The translations under genes and the position numbers were made by a program. A DNA stretch of 64,000 bases from Mizuhopecten yessoensis (Eukaryota), in assembly GCF_002113885.1 (NCBI RefSeq), contig NW_018407887.1, positions 1 through 64,000 on the forward strand, given 5' to 3'. Shown one piece after another: positions 38,790-52,700 of the stretch. The notes under the pieces are model-generated. The model was given only the letters and a program-made list of their open reading frames with translations, searched no databases and was not told the DNA's origin. How positions within the stretch are numbered: position 1 is the stretch's first letter; every line of letters starts with the position of its first letter.

Positions 38790-41140
38790 TGGCAGGTGGT
38801 AGTTACAGACAGATGGTAGTTATAGACATGTGGTAATTATAGACATGTGAAAGATATAAACATTTGGTAGTTACAGACAGATGGTAGCTATCAAAATGTT
38901 ATAGATATAGGCTGATGGTAGGTATAGACATGTGGTAATTATAGACATGTGAAATATATAAACAGTTGGTAGTTACAGACAGATGGTAGCTATATACATG
39001 TTATAGATATAGGCTAATGGTAGTTATAGACATGTTATAGATATAGGCTGATGGTAGTTAAAGACAGGTGGTGACTATATATAGGTGTTAGTTATTGAAG
39101 TGATGTAATTGTTGACATGTGATTATATAAAGGTGGTAGTTTTAGATAGGTATATGTTTGCAGGTGGATGGAATACAGAGGTAGTTGTAAAAGACATTTG
39201 GTAGTTAAAGACACGTAGAAGTGATAAATATATGGAAGGCTAAAACATATATAATTATAAACAGGTGGTAGATATAGACAGGCGGTAGTAAAAGACAAGT
39301 GGTAGTGAAAGAGAGGTGGTAGTTATATACAGGTGGTAGTTATAGACAGATGGTAGTTATAGACCGGCAGTAGTTATAGACAAGTGGTAGTTAAAGAGAG
39401 ATGGTAGTTATAAACAGGTGGTAGTTATAGACCGGCAGTAGTTATAGACAAGTGGTAGTTAAAGAGAGATGGTAGTAAAAGATAGATGGTAGTTATAGAC
39501 AGATGGTAGTAATATACAGATGGTAGTAATATACAGATGTTAGTTATATATACAGGTGGTAGATAAAGACAGGCGGTAGTAATAGACAGATGGTAGTTAT
39601 ATAAACAGGTGGTAGATAAAGACAGGCGGTAGTAATATACAGATGGTAGTTATAGACAGGTGGAAGTTATAGACAGGTGGAAGTTATAGACAGAAGGTAG
39701 TTATAGACAGGTGGAAGTTATAGACAAATGGGAGTTTTAGACAAATGATGGTTAGAGACAGGGTGCAGATATCAATAGGTGGTAGATATAGACAGGTGGT
39801 AGTTATAGACAGGTGCTAGTTATAGACAGGGTGCATATATCAATAGGACGTAGATGTAGACAGGTGATAGTTATAGACATGTTGTTGTTATAGACAGATG
39901 GTAGTTATATCTGGTGGTAGTTATATACATGTGGTGGTTATAGACAGGTGGTAGTTATAGACAGGTGCTAGTTAGAAGTCTCCAGCTTATATCAATAGGA
40001 GGTAGATGTAGACAGGTGATAGTTATATACAGGTTGTTGTTGTTATAGACAGGTGGTAGTTATATACAGGTGATAGTTGTATACATGTGGTGGTTATAGA
40101 CAGGTGGTAGTTATAGACAGGTAGTAGACATACAAATGTGGTAGATGTAGTTATAGACGGGTGGTGGTTAGAGCCAAATGGAAGATAGAAATAGGTGGTA
40201 GATATAGACAGGTGGTAGATATAGACAGGTGATAGATATATAAAGTTGGTAGATATAGACAGGTGGTAGATATAGGCAGGTGGTAGATATAGACAAGTGG
40301 TTAGATATATATATATATATGCAGGTGGTTGGTATAGGCAGGAGGTATAGATAGGCAGGTGGTAGATATAGGCAGGTGTTATATATATGCAGGTGGTAGA
40401 TTGGTTGGTTGGTTGGTTGATGGGTTTATAGACTCCCTTTCACGGGTAGAGCCCGTGTTCGGTCGTCTTGAGGGGGGAAGTCTCCAGCTTACCGGGCCCT
40501 CGGTGATTCAAAATGACCTTGCCCGTCCAGATCACGCCCTAAGGTCGGTCAGCTCCTTAGATGCGGATAGGCTGTCACGGTTACATACAGCACGTATACG
40601 GGAGCGTGGAACACGTCCTTTAAACAGCTTCACCATCCGCCTATGCAGGTGGTAGTTATAGGCAGGTGGTATATATAGGCAGGTGGTAGATATAGACAGG
40701 TGGTAGATATAGAAAGGTGGTAGATATAGACAAGTGATTAGATATATATATGCAGGTGGAAGATATAGGCAGGTGCTATATATAGGCAGGTGGTAGATAT
40801 AGGCAGGTGGTTGATGTATACAGCTGATAGATATAGGCAGGTGGGACAGGTGGCAGATATAATTATACAGGTTGTAGATATATGTAGGTTGTAGATATAT
40901 GGAGGTGGTAGAAATAGGCAGGTGGTAGATATAGGCAGGTTGTAGATATATGCAGGTGGTAGATATAGGCAGGTGGTAGATATAGGCAGGTTGTAGATAT
41001 AGGCAGATGGTAGATATAGGCAGGTTGTAGATAAAAGCAGGTGGTAGATATAGGCAGGTTGTAGATAAAAGCAGGTGGTAGATATAGGCAGGTGGTAGCT
41101 GGAAACAGGTAGTACATGTAGTTATATATATAGACAGGTC
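38790..41140. repeat. ~17-bp minisatellite array (gacaggtggtagttata; variant ggcaggtggtagatata in the right part)
   Basis: Over 100 degenerate copies; strongly G-rich on the + strand. Confidence 0.92.
40400..40641 (-). mobile_element. Short GC-rich non-LTR retroelement insertion (SINE or 5'-truncated LINE) with (CCAA)n tail and 14-bp TSD
   Basis: (ttgg)n at the left end. tatgcaggtggtag flanks both sides (40386-40399 and 40642-40655). Hairpin cacggg-tagag-cccgtg lies near the tail. Confidence 0.7.
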
Positions 41141-42089
41141 GAAGGTGTAGAAAGGTGAAACAGGCGGTCCTTAAGTTTGGCTGTTTTTATAATAATTACA
41201 CCTTCTTAACCTACCACACTGTAATGGTTTACCCAGCCTTTCTCTATGGAAAATTAATTTTAGTAAACTCATCAGCAAATCGCCTGTTTTATATTTGTTT
41301 TTCGTATATCACCTGTTTGGCCTTGTGTTATCCGGTATAGCTTGCGATGATGTACGTAACGTACTTCGGCTCCATTGTATCAACAGGTCAATACATCATA
41401 TTTACGGCCTATTGAGATGTCATTTGTTTCTGAATGGGATTTATGACAACTCACGAGAGCATTGTTAAGTATAACTTGAGTTGATAACTACAGGGGAAAT
41501 GGGAGGGGTAGATTTGTTTGGTCCACTCGATTTATATTTCATGGCTATATTCCACAATAATCCTTTCTTACCAAACCGTATCAATGATATATATGCTCTC
41601 GTAAGATTTTTTTATCGTTTTATCGTGTATTTCTTCATGTATATAAATGCTGCTTATGTTATTAAACGTCAAATATAAAATATCTGGGGGTGAAGGTTTA
41701 AATTGACTATACATATCGAGGCAAGGTAAAACTGCGAACCCTTTGATTTGAAAATTGACCCTTATTTACTTTACATATTATACAACACAGAGAAACTGTG
41801 TGGCACTGGTCAGCTTACAGTTCGCCCTGATAGAAATTTGAAGCTTATCGAAAGGCAAAGTCAACATTATCATAATATAATACCGTCCATATGATGTATA
41901 TACAATGTATATATCATCAATGCAATGAAGTAAAAATACGGATTAAATTGATTAAACAGATACTGAAAACCAGCAGAATGACAAGAACATTTTCATAATA
42001 TTACGTAGAACAGATGCGTGTCATTATGACGCAATATGCAAGACAATGAAGGATTTGAAATGCGGTACCGATCACTGACTTCACAAATA

Positions 42090-42455
42090 CAAAACAGCTC
42101 ACGAGACTGCAATATCAGCCCAAGGGCCGAAGGCCCGGGGGTTGATATTGGTCGAGGGTTGATACTGGGTGTGATATGGAAAAAGGCGTGTTTTATTCTG
42201 TTTATTACATACTTACTAATAAAAACTACTATCTTATGATTTATTTTTATTTTTGAAATATTGAAAAACTTTTTTTTTTCCAAAAGGGGTGTGATATGGG
42301 TTTTGCGGGCTGATATGGGTTTTGGGGTGTGATACGGCGGGGGCTGATACGGATTTTGGGGTGTGATACGGCGAGGGCTGATATGGGTTAGAGCAATTGT
42401 GTCGTATCGCATATACAACAAAAACGTATTTATTAGTAGGTATCTAATAAACTTA
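42090..42455. mobile_element. Non-autonomous palindromic DNA element
   Basis: Hairpin atatcagccc-aagggccgaaggccc-gggggttgatat, inverted pair gtttattacatacttactaataaa (~42200) / tttattagtaggtatctaataaac (~42430), and internal ggggtgtgata repeats. Confidence 0.65.
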
Positions 42456-43234
42456 TATATATAGGTCTCCAGACTATACAGTACATCCCCAGCACACACG
42501 CAGGCATACACACATGGGGATATATTAGCCAGGTGGCATAGGACTAGTAATTAGCGGCCTGATAAGGCAGCTCTTGCCAATCCCTCAAAATCTGTATTGA
42601 TTAATGTATATGCTAATTGTATTGATTGTATAAACTGTATATCTTTGTACTGGAAAACGCCTTCGTGCGACTTATATCTTATTTACATGATTTATTATAA
42701 CACATAGCAATCACCCCAACATCCCAACCTTTACACTCACTGATATGTGTTCTCTATACACTGTATAAACACAGCACGAAACGACCTGGACGGAGGTTTT
42801 AGTATGTTTGTTTAAACTCTGTGCAGAACTTATCAATTAATACTGACTGACAAGCCCCTTTAGATTGTTATCGAATGTTCAGCATGTTAGCATGCACCGT
42901 AAACAAGTAAAATCTTATATGTAAACAAGTATTTTGTTAAAGTTTCTATCAGGTATTTATCTGCTGATGTTTTTAACATTTGCTTAGGAATGTATAATTT
43001 TGTTCTCCTGTGTACTGCTTTTTAAAAAAACTTTATTTCTATTATTTCATGCAACACAAACAGACACGCCGGCAAATGATAACTTTTCTATGAGCTGTTC
43101 CGTGTTAAGCAATATCTATAAAATTATGTAAGACCTATTCAAGGTCTTACATAAGTCGATCTCAACATAAGTCGCTCTCAACAAAAGTCGTTCTCAACAT
43201 AAGTCGCTCTAAACATTAGTCGATCGAACTCTTG

Positions 43235-43562
43235 TACATCGGGGTTCAAACGATCGGGGTTGTTTCTAGGGAAGGAAATCAAGACTAAACCTGCTTGACC
43301 CCACTGAATTTGTATCGTAAAAAGGTGACTAGTGGCGGGCCCCCTGTAGTATCAGGGGTTTTCTTCTGTGCTGTCTACTTGGAAAGAGAAGCAGAATCGA
43401 CCTGCTAACTTCATAGCAACACAGGGGAACTTTTTTTGTGTCCTATGTTTCCTGTCTTCTTTTTTATCTGTCTACTTTGTTATTCAGGTGGCGTCTCCCT
43501 AGGCGCCCGTCCGTATATGGCCCTGGCTGTTGCTAGGATGTTAAACCTCAAACAAAACAAAC
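43235..43562 (+). mobile_element. Degenerate SINE-like element; a related copy lies on the - strand at ~59030-59250
   Basis: tcaggtggcgtctccctaggcgcccgtccgtatatg matches the reverse complement of 59042-59078; 3' end gatgttaaacctcaaacaaaacaaac. Confidence 0.6.
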
Positions 43563-43599
43563 ACCTCACAGCGACCGTTTCTGACAAAAAAAAAATCTG

Positions 43600-44170
43600 C
43601 AAATCACGGTCGACCATGTTCATCAAACGATTTGCATCTCACGGACATCCAGGTTTGACAAACGCTTTACATCTCTACATCTCACTGCCAACCAGGTCTG
43701 ACAAGCGTTTTACATACCACGGTCAACAAGGTCTGACACACCCTTAACATATCATGGCCAACAAGGTCTGAGAAACGCTTTACATTTCACGGCCGACCCA
43801 GGTCTGACAAACGTTTTACATTTCACGGCCAGCAAGGTCTGACAAATGTTTTACATTTCACGGCCAACAAAGTCTGACAAACGCTTTACATCTCACGGCC
43901 AACAAGGTCTGACAAACGTTTTACATATCACGGCCGACCCAGGTCTGACAAACGTTTTACATCTCACGGCCAACAAGGTCTGACAAACTTTTTACATCTC
44001 ACGGCCAACAAGGTCTGACAAACGCTTTACATCTCACGGCCGACCCAGGTCTGACAAATGCTAGATGCATCTCACGGCCGATTCGCGACCAGGCCTAACA
44101 TACGCTCTACACCTCACGGCCGACAGGGTCTGTAAAACGCTCTAGACATCACGCTCGACCAGGATTGACA
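43600..44170. repeat. 35-36-bp minisatellite, ~15 copies
   Basis: Unit ggtctgacaaacgttttacatctcacggccaacaa. Confidence 0.9.
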
Positions 44171-47100
44171 TTGGGCCGTTACAAAAAAGATGAAATGCAA
44201 TATCAGTACCAATGCATACAAATGCATGTCAAATAATTCCTAAGATAAATGCTACGTTTACTGTATGTATCGACATTAACAGCCAATAGTTTAAACGTTG
44301 GACAGCTTTTCCTTTTCTTCTTTCTATTTTTACAACTAAAAACAAAGAAAGAAATTATTTAATTTTGTTAATTACAATGTACATAGGACTTAATAGCTAT
44401 TACGTAACGTCTTTTTATTTCAAACGATTGTTAATTTTCGTCCATATATGTATACACGTTCAATGAAAAACAATAAATAAGAAAAATGAATTTAATAAAA
44501 ATACGGAACATGTAAAGTCCATATGTATCATGTCTGTTAACTTAGTCAATATCCATTTTTCATTATACAAATGTAATTTGTAATTTTCGAGAGCCGAGAC
44601 AAATGATTGATATACACGAACTCTTTGTTTAAACAGCTGGGTCAACATTTGGAATGGTTGTGTCCTACATAATATACATCATTAGATAAATAGCATTCAA
44701 AATCGAGTTCAAAGTTGTTTTAGCTGCAATTTTCTTCGACTCTTGATTTCGCATCCAAACTAAAACTCTTATTTCATATCGAACATTATTGAGCCCCTTT
44801 AAATAGTGGATACAATTGTCTAAAGTAATTAGGCGACGAAGGAAGCACACAGAAAAGTATTGGTTCTTTTAATTGTTTAAAGGATAACAAGTTTCATTTT
44901 TTAAGTGAATATGTATTGAAAAATTGTCTCTTCTTATTCAACTTCAAACTCTGTTTGTAGTCAACCATGATTTTTCCCATATGTTTTACATAAATTAGTA
45001 AGGCGCTTGAGAGGGAAAAGCGGATACATTAGTTCAAAAAATAACATTCTAAACTATGGCAGAAAGCATTAATTTAACACGAGCAAACCTTTTGGGAAAT
45101 TTGAATACGTTCCCGATGATCATTTTATAGGGACCTGTGCTATGCAATAAGTATCATTTTCCCTAATAAAGATGGTCAATCAACTTAGCATAATTCAATA
45201 AGCTCAGCAAAAACCCCTAAAACTGAGATATGATTTATATTGTTTTAACATCTTAAAATAAACATGCTATGACAGTAAATATAAAAAAAAAAAAAGATAA
45301 AAAAAAAATTAATAATAATGATATAGTAGTTATTCATGACTTCAAAAATATACATAAAACAATGATTAAACCCTCAGTAACAAGTAATTTGTCTTTATGT
45401 ACATGAATGCAGAGTTCCAGTCATTTTTATTATCAATGACATGACACACCTTAGAGTGTATTCATATAGATATAAAACTTGATATGTCAGTGCGTTGTCC
45501 TCGTTGACACTTGCGTTTGTCTGACGTGTTTGTTGATCTCCTACTTCGGTACTTTTCCTACCTTTTATTTGTTTACAATCCAACACAGTCACCAAAATAT
45601 TTCAGGACGTCGGTACTTTTCCGTGACGTAGTCGATAAAACACCTCGTACCTTAAACAAAGTTTTCGAACATGCCTCTCCACTCCCAAATAAATAACCCG
45701 AATAATGCACGCCGTCAATATGTATTGAGATTAAGTAGTGTGAAGCGTTCAAGTTGTTATCTCCATAACAACATTCATTGACAACCACCACCTTATGTCA
45801 ATATAGTTATCTGTAAATAATACGTCGAGATGGGAATTTATCTCACGATGCCAATAAAACCATCTAAACTGACTCTTAATTGTCCATTTGACCGTATAAA
45901 TTATTCTCATTTCGCTAATGTTGAAAATTATTCCATTCATAGAACACCCGGAATTTCATTTCACATGTCCTAAACGACTTACATAGGCGTCGTGCCTAAT
46001 CATTCTGAAGGACAATAATTTCTGATCCTACAAAAATTAAATTAACAGAAAAATTGCTGAAAGTCTTATGCATAATTCTAGAGAAATATTTAGCGATGCC
46101 CGCTTTAAGCTTTTCTGTGACTTTGTCACCTTGTCATCAAAAATTCATCGAGACTATTATGTATTGATAACTATCATCTGGAATAAAATATATTAGTATT
46201 AAATTATATTATATTATCTACTGGTGTTTTTAAAAACTCGTAAGATATGTGAGCGACAACATTTAAGTATATGAAGAGATTGTATGAAATAAGCAATACT
46301 ATTTAATGCACCAGGTTTTATGGAATACAATTGTATACGTAATTTAAATTAACATGATTTGTATCGTTTTAAATGAATTTCAATGTATATTTATAATAAT
46401 ATCTCATGATGTTATTAAGACAGACTTAGATTGGACATTTTTGATTATATTTTTGTGTATATAAATGTATAGCTTATCTTTTCAAATGTGTGAGAGTTCA
46501 ATAAAATATTTATTTAATCTTTAAATATTTGGGACAAAATATGCCCATTATCACATGAGAGCAAGGCGCGGTGTATCGATGATGCAAACGTACGTAGAAT
46601 TACCTGCTTTCGAGTAGTGTTTGATTGACCCAGGCATTGAGCCCCTGAGGTCGCGGGTGTCTAAAATGTGGGTTATATCCCAGCCAATCGGCCCTAATCC
46701 AGGGGTATCAAGATGAAATGGATCTGTCCGAATTCCTGGACTGTCGTCGGTTGCGAATAAAACTGAGAGACATTCTATGTGACCTTGACCTGTCCACCCA
46801 AAATATATGGAATTTTATCGCTGAGAAAAACATAAAAGTCTCGAACATTTCCACGTTGCTTAGACATTGGAGTCTTCTTTCTGACCTTTTGCTCTGTTAT
46901 CGTCTGCTTAATTGTAATCTAAATATACACATTTGTTTTTGACTCTCATCCATTTTGATTTGTCGATTTGAAAGAGTAAACAAACTTGGTAAGGTAACTA
47001 TTTGTTTTTTTGTGTTTGTGCTCAGATAAAATGAAGCTATGTCTTATTCAAAGTTGAGGACGAAATAATGTTGTTTTGTTTTGCTTTTCGTTTTTCTCAA

Positions 47101-47679
47101 GCAAGCATACAAATACATAATGTACACTTGGTTGTAAGATAACCAAGTATTTACGAATACAATAATAACATATTTCCGAATACAATACCATTCTTAAGAT
47201 GGTAACCAGGCGTAGACCAAATTGCCGAACCGACACTGTTCGTTCTGTAAAACTTCTCAGTCATATAAAACCTGGTGAGCTACACAAGAGAAATTTATAA
47301 CATGTTCTAAGGAAGACCGTTGTATTGATGACCTGACTGTTTTTGTCATTAATAAATGTGTTTGAAAACAGGCGGTTTCGATTTTTTTCTGTGCTGATAT
47401 TGTTCCTGGAAAATCACATGGTTTTCTTAAGAATATATGATTTCTGTTTCCGATTGGAGAAAAAACTGCAAGGAATCATGAAACTATTGACGGGACCTGC
47501 GTGCATACAACAGTAGCGAGAGGGGAAAAGTGCCTTACTTTTATGGTTATAATAAACAGTAAGACATGTCTAAGACCGCTAGTATTTTAGACAGCTGGGA
47601 CACCTAGAGACACAAACTAGTTAAAGGTTATTGATTTGTAGTAAGATTTAGGTAAATACATGCATGTCGTTATGGAAAA

Positions 47680-48945
47680 ATATCTATAGACAGGTAGAAG
47701 TTATGGACAGTTGGTAGCTTATAGGAATGAGATAGCAATAGTTAGATTGTAGTTAGAGACAGCTTTTAGTTTTAGACAGGTCGGGGATATAGACAAGTGG
47801 TAGTTATAGACTGTGGAAGTTGTATATAGACCGATAGCTGGTATAGACAGGAGTAAGTTATAGGTTGTAAATATAAACAAGTTATATTTTTTTTTACAGA
47901 TGATAGTTATTTACAGGTAATAATTATAAACAGTTGATATATATAGACAGGTGGAACTTATAGACAAATGGTAGTTATTGACAGGTGATATTATATGCAT
48001 ATGGTAATTATTGGATTGGCTGGTAGTTATAGACAGGTGGAACTTATAGACAGATGTTAGTTAAAGACAGGTAGAAGTTATAGACGGATGGTAGTTAAAG
48101 ACAAATGGTAGTTATAGACAGGTGGTATTTATAGACAAATGTCAGTTATAGACAAATGGTCGTGATAGACAGGTGGTATTTATAGACAGATGATAGTTAT
48201 AGACAGGTGGTCGTGATAGACAGGTGAAAGTTATATACATATGTTAGTTAAAGACAGATGGTAGTTATATACAAATGATAGTTATAGACAGGTGGTATTT
48301 ATAGACAGATGATACTTATAGACAGTTGGTAGTTATAGACAGATGGTAGTTATCGACTGGCTGTGGTAGCTATTGACAGTAGGTAGTTAAAAACAGGTGT
48401 AAAGTTATAGACATGTGATAGTTATTGACTAGCTGTGGTAGTTATAGACAGGTGGTAGTTATTGACTGGCTGTGGTAGTTAAAGACAGGTGGTATTTATA
48501 GACAGATGGTAGTTATTGACTAGCTGTGGTAGTTATATACATGTGGAAGTTATAGACAGATGGTAGTTATAGACAGGTAGTCGTTATAAACAGGTTGTAG
48601 ATGTAGACACAATCAAATGGTAGTTATAGACAGGTTGTAGTTATAGTCAGGTTGTAGATATAGACAATGTGTAGTTATTAACAGATGTTAGTTATAGACA
48701 GGTGATAGTTATATAGACAGGTGGTAATTATAGACAGGTGGTAGCTATATAGACAGGGCGTAGTTATATTGACAGGTGGTAGTTATATAGACATGTGGTA
48801 GTTATATTGACAAGTGGTAGCTATATAGATATGTGGTAGTTATATTGACAGGTGGTAGTTATATAGACAGGTGGTAGTTATATAGACAGGTGGCATTTAT
48901 AGACAGGTGGCAGTTATAGAGTGGAGGCAGTTATAGGCAAATGGA
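47680..48945. repeat. Second array of the ~17-bp gacaggtggtagttata minisatellite
   Basis: Same unit and orientation as 38790-41140. Confidence 0.92.
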
Positions 48946-48959
48946 AGTTAGCAATACGT

Positions 48960-49295
48960 ATATATGGTATAACAGATGCTTTGGGAGGGTTTCGGCTACG
49001 TTGTGGAATAGCTTACCATCTGCTATTGGAAAGTCAAATACCCTGGCCAAGTTCAAGAGGGACATCAAAACTCACCTCTACACGTCTGCATTTTAAAATC
49101 CTTGCATAGACGTCATGTAAAGACCACCCTTTTATTTGTTCAATTATGTGCACATTGCTTGCTTAAATGTATAAAAGTGATTGTAAACCTTTGTTTTACA
49201 ATTATAACCATTACTATTATCCATATGTTGTAAAACGCTTTAGAGTAATTTTACAAATTATATAGGGCGCTATAAATGTTGTATATTATTATTTT
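48960..49295 (+). mobile_element. 3' end of an L2/CR1-group LINE
   Basis: Reads ATLWNSLPSAIGKSNTLAKFKRDIKTHLYTSAF*, the typical ORF2 C-terminal WNxLP...FK..K pattern, followed by the tail tgtaaaacgctttag...gcgctataaat and (att)n. Confidence 0.75.
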
Positions 49296-49738
49296 TATAT
49301 ATGCAGTCGAAAACTGAATGTGCATGTGTACATGTTGTTACCTACATGTGTATAGACGGGTGCTAGTTATAGACAGGTGGTAATTATAGACATTTTACAT
49401 TTGAGGCACGTGGCTATAATAACAGGCTGTTTCTAAGACAGGTTGCAATTCAGATCATAATAAAGATTTTAATGACATTTCGTTAAGCTAACTAGACTTT
49501 GATTAGCTGACTATGATTGCAGTTATTCACTGTCACGGCTACTTTAATCTTCTACTTAAATCTTATACTAACTTTTACATTCCAATGACATGAATCCGAA
49601 ATCATGCGTGATTGTCCATACTCAGCTCTGCCATTTTTTATATGGATACATATATACTACTAAGATAGAAGGGATGCCAGGCTTTGGTAGTCGTTGAATG
49701 TAGTTTGAATATAAGAAATGCATTTATGATTGTGTATC

Positions 49739-52700
49739 ATGTCGGAACAAACTTCATTTGACAAAGGGAGCCTTCAGAAACAAAAACGTTTCGGAACATT
49801 TGGAAACGTGTTCTCATTTGGTAATAGCGCTCCGGACCCCGTCGTCTCCGAACCAACTGATTCAGTTGTGAACACATCTGCGGTAAGGTTATTTATTTGA
49901 TAGGGATTGAAAGATGGTTCTTATTTTATTTTCATGCCGGTATGATCTCAACTCGGTTACATCCATATTGCATGAAGCCCGCTTCATGTTTAATATGGAT
50001 GTAACCGATTTGCGTTTATACCGGCATGAAAATTTAAAAACAAAATGCCGTTCAATCCATATGATTACATTTTTACAATAGAACAATTGATTAATTTTAT
50101 CAATTTGTTCTTAAATGATTTATGTATTCACTGCGATTTGTATATGCGTCGTCCTTTAAACGACACTGGCGGAATAGCCCTATTTGAATAAAATTGGCGC
50201 CAATAATTAAACGTAGTCATTTGAGCGTTTGACGCATGGGCATTCGCAATGTTATCCGGAGCGAAGCGACAAGATCCTCATGAACAACTTAAATTGATGA
50301 CATCATAAGTAAACAACGTGTTACGTCACGAGAGTTTTTGCTTTCATACTCAAATCAAATGCATTTCTGCTGACAATGTTCATATATATTGTTTTGATAT
50401 TTGACAAAATTTTGGTTCTCAAGTTTAAATTAGAAATTGTTTGTTTCGACATGCCACCTTTTCGTTATTATTGAACAATTTTAACAACTAACTACAAAAT
50501 TAAGCAAACGACGGATTAAAAAAGTGAGTATTTGAAATAAACTGTGGATCACCTCCCTTTATTAAAATGCTTACACCAATATATCGATTGTAAACATCAG
50601 GTAATATAACATTGGTATTTGTCATTGGTGTAAAATATACCAGTGGTAAAGATCGCGTCACTCATAACATGTAATATAGAGATGGTATATGTTATCCTCA
50701 GTATGACGGTAAACATATACCTAGGACATGCATCTACTAGTGTAATGTATTCCACGGCACGCCTGACGTACAGCCGTGTCGTCACTGATCGTATGAAATA
50801 ACATGTCCCTTCTCTTGTTGATATGTTTATTACATGTTTTATTTGCATATAAACATTGATATGTCTGGGCCTTGTCTGAATCACTGAACTATTGTAACTA
50901 CGACGCAGGACATACAGTTCATCAACACTAGCTGATGCTGTTACGTTTTTTCTTCTTTCTAAAATGTCGTCAAATAACAAGAGTTTTCTCACTCAGACTA
51001 CATTGCCTTGCACAATATTTACTGCGTGTCTTGTAAATTGTCATCTAGTTTGTTTTCCTCAATGCTTAGCTTGAATTCTTTTCCGTCTTTGCGTATTGCA
51101 GAGTTATCTTCTCTTTGGAGCAGGTATTGATTGTAACGTCATTGGCTTGTGCGAGAAAATTACGTCGTTTTCTCAAAAAATAATGACGTTACTCTCACAA
51201 ACAAGTGATGTAACAATCAATACCTGGTCCCAAGAGAAGATAACTCTGCAATACGCTAAGATAGAATACGCCGTATCTACTTAAGTAGCAGAATCTCCTC
51301 TCATCATGCGTTCTAATGTATATTTTATACTAAGGGTGTGACTGACACTAATATTGTCAAAATATTAATTGTATACCTCGAGGATTCTTTTAGACCACAC
51401 TGAACCCTCACGCAAATATTGTTATTATTATCATTAGAGTATCACTGTGTTAACCCGGTAACAATAAGCGATCTCTGAAATATATACAACAAATGAAGAG
51501 GCACAGTGTCAATATGATGTAAAGTATGTTCCTTAGTGTTAAATAATACTTGAAGAGTTGCGCTATCCCAGCCCTTAATGTAAAAACATAGTAAATAAAC
51601 ACTAAGGTGTTTTGTTTGCGTTAAGCACACCTGCATGTAGAAGTAGTTACGTGTACAGCAACATGGCTTCTACATCAAGAGGTGACATAAGTTGAAACAT
51701 TTGCCTACATGTTGCCAAAAACCTACTCTATAACAAGACATTTTTGGGTGGTCGGTTGGTGCAGTGGATAGCGCACTTGCCTTTCACCAAGGCGGCCGGG
51801 GACGTGAAAAGGTTGGGGTCACCTGCCCGAACACGTGGGTTTTCTCCGGGTACTCCGGTTTCCTCCCACAATAAGACCCCCCACGCGCTAACATTCGGGC
51901 CAACACGTGTGATTAATATAAGTTGAAATAACTTGTTTCATAATTGTTGTTAAATAAATAAAGTTTATAGATAACAAGAAATGTTCGTGAGCACTTTCCT
52001 TCGTGGTTTGAAGCCATGTAGATCGTTTTGTGGTAAAAACTTTCGTGGATATCCTATATAAACAAACAGTTTACACGTATATCATTCAAACTTGTTGTAT
52101 GTATATTCGTGGTTCAATAGCAACCACGAAAACCACGAATGTTTATACACAACGAACATTTCATGTTAAATAGTATAAGGTGACATGGACTTACGACATG
52201 TGCTTCATGAATATTCAGGAGCGGATTCCTTGTATTGCTTTCCATGGCGAAGTTAGGTCGAGCCTCTGTTACATTCGTCAGTCCCTCCGTCCTTGGTTTT
52301 TTTTTATACCAATGTTCCATAATGTATCCCACATAAGTATTTGTTCAATCCATAGGGTATAATATGAAAGGTTCAACAACCGGTCACACAGTTAAAAAGG
52401 TGTACAGGTGCAAATAGCATTGATTATGCCTATGCAGTTGTACTGTGCCATTCCATGTTATGAACCAGTAATGTTTATTTTACACGTACGATAGGCCGGA
52501 CAGTTGTCTGTAAAATGAGGCAACTTAATGTTAATAATGAGACAAATGCGGCTCTGAAAATATTAACGCAGACTGCAAACGATTTAATTTTGCACTGGTT
52601 TTGATAGAGGCTAGCAAGTTTACATTTTGGTAGCAGGTGGATGCTTTTGCTCATAGTGGCTTCAACTTTATATGTCATAGTATAAAACTTGTTACCTACC

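Noticed and set aside
40400-40641. RNase MRP/P, 7SK or hammerhead ribozyme resemblance (acacgggctct, ctgaccga)
   Set aside because: No matching CR-I/P4 partner or hammerhead core geometry was found. The tail and TSD point to a retro-insertion.
38790-48945. Regular repeats resembling CRISPR or telomeric arrays
   Set aside because: There are no unique spacers, no cas genes and no TTAGGG. The context is eukaryotic and these are degenerate minisatellites.
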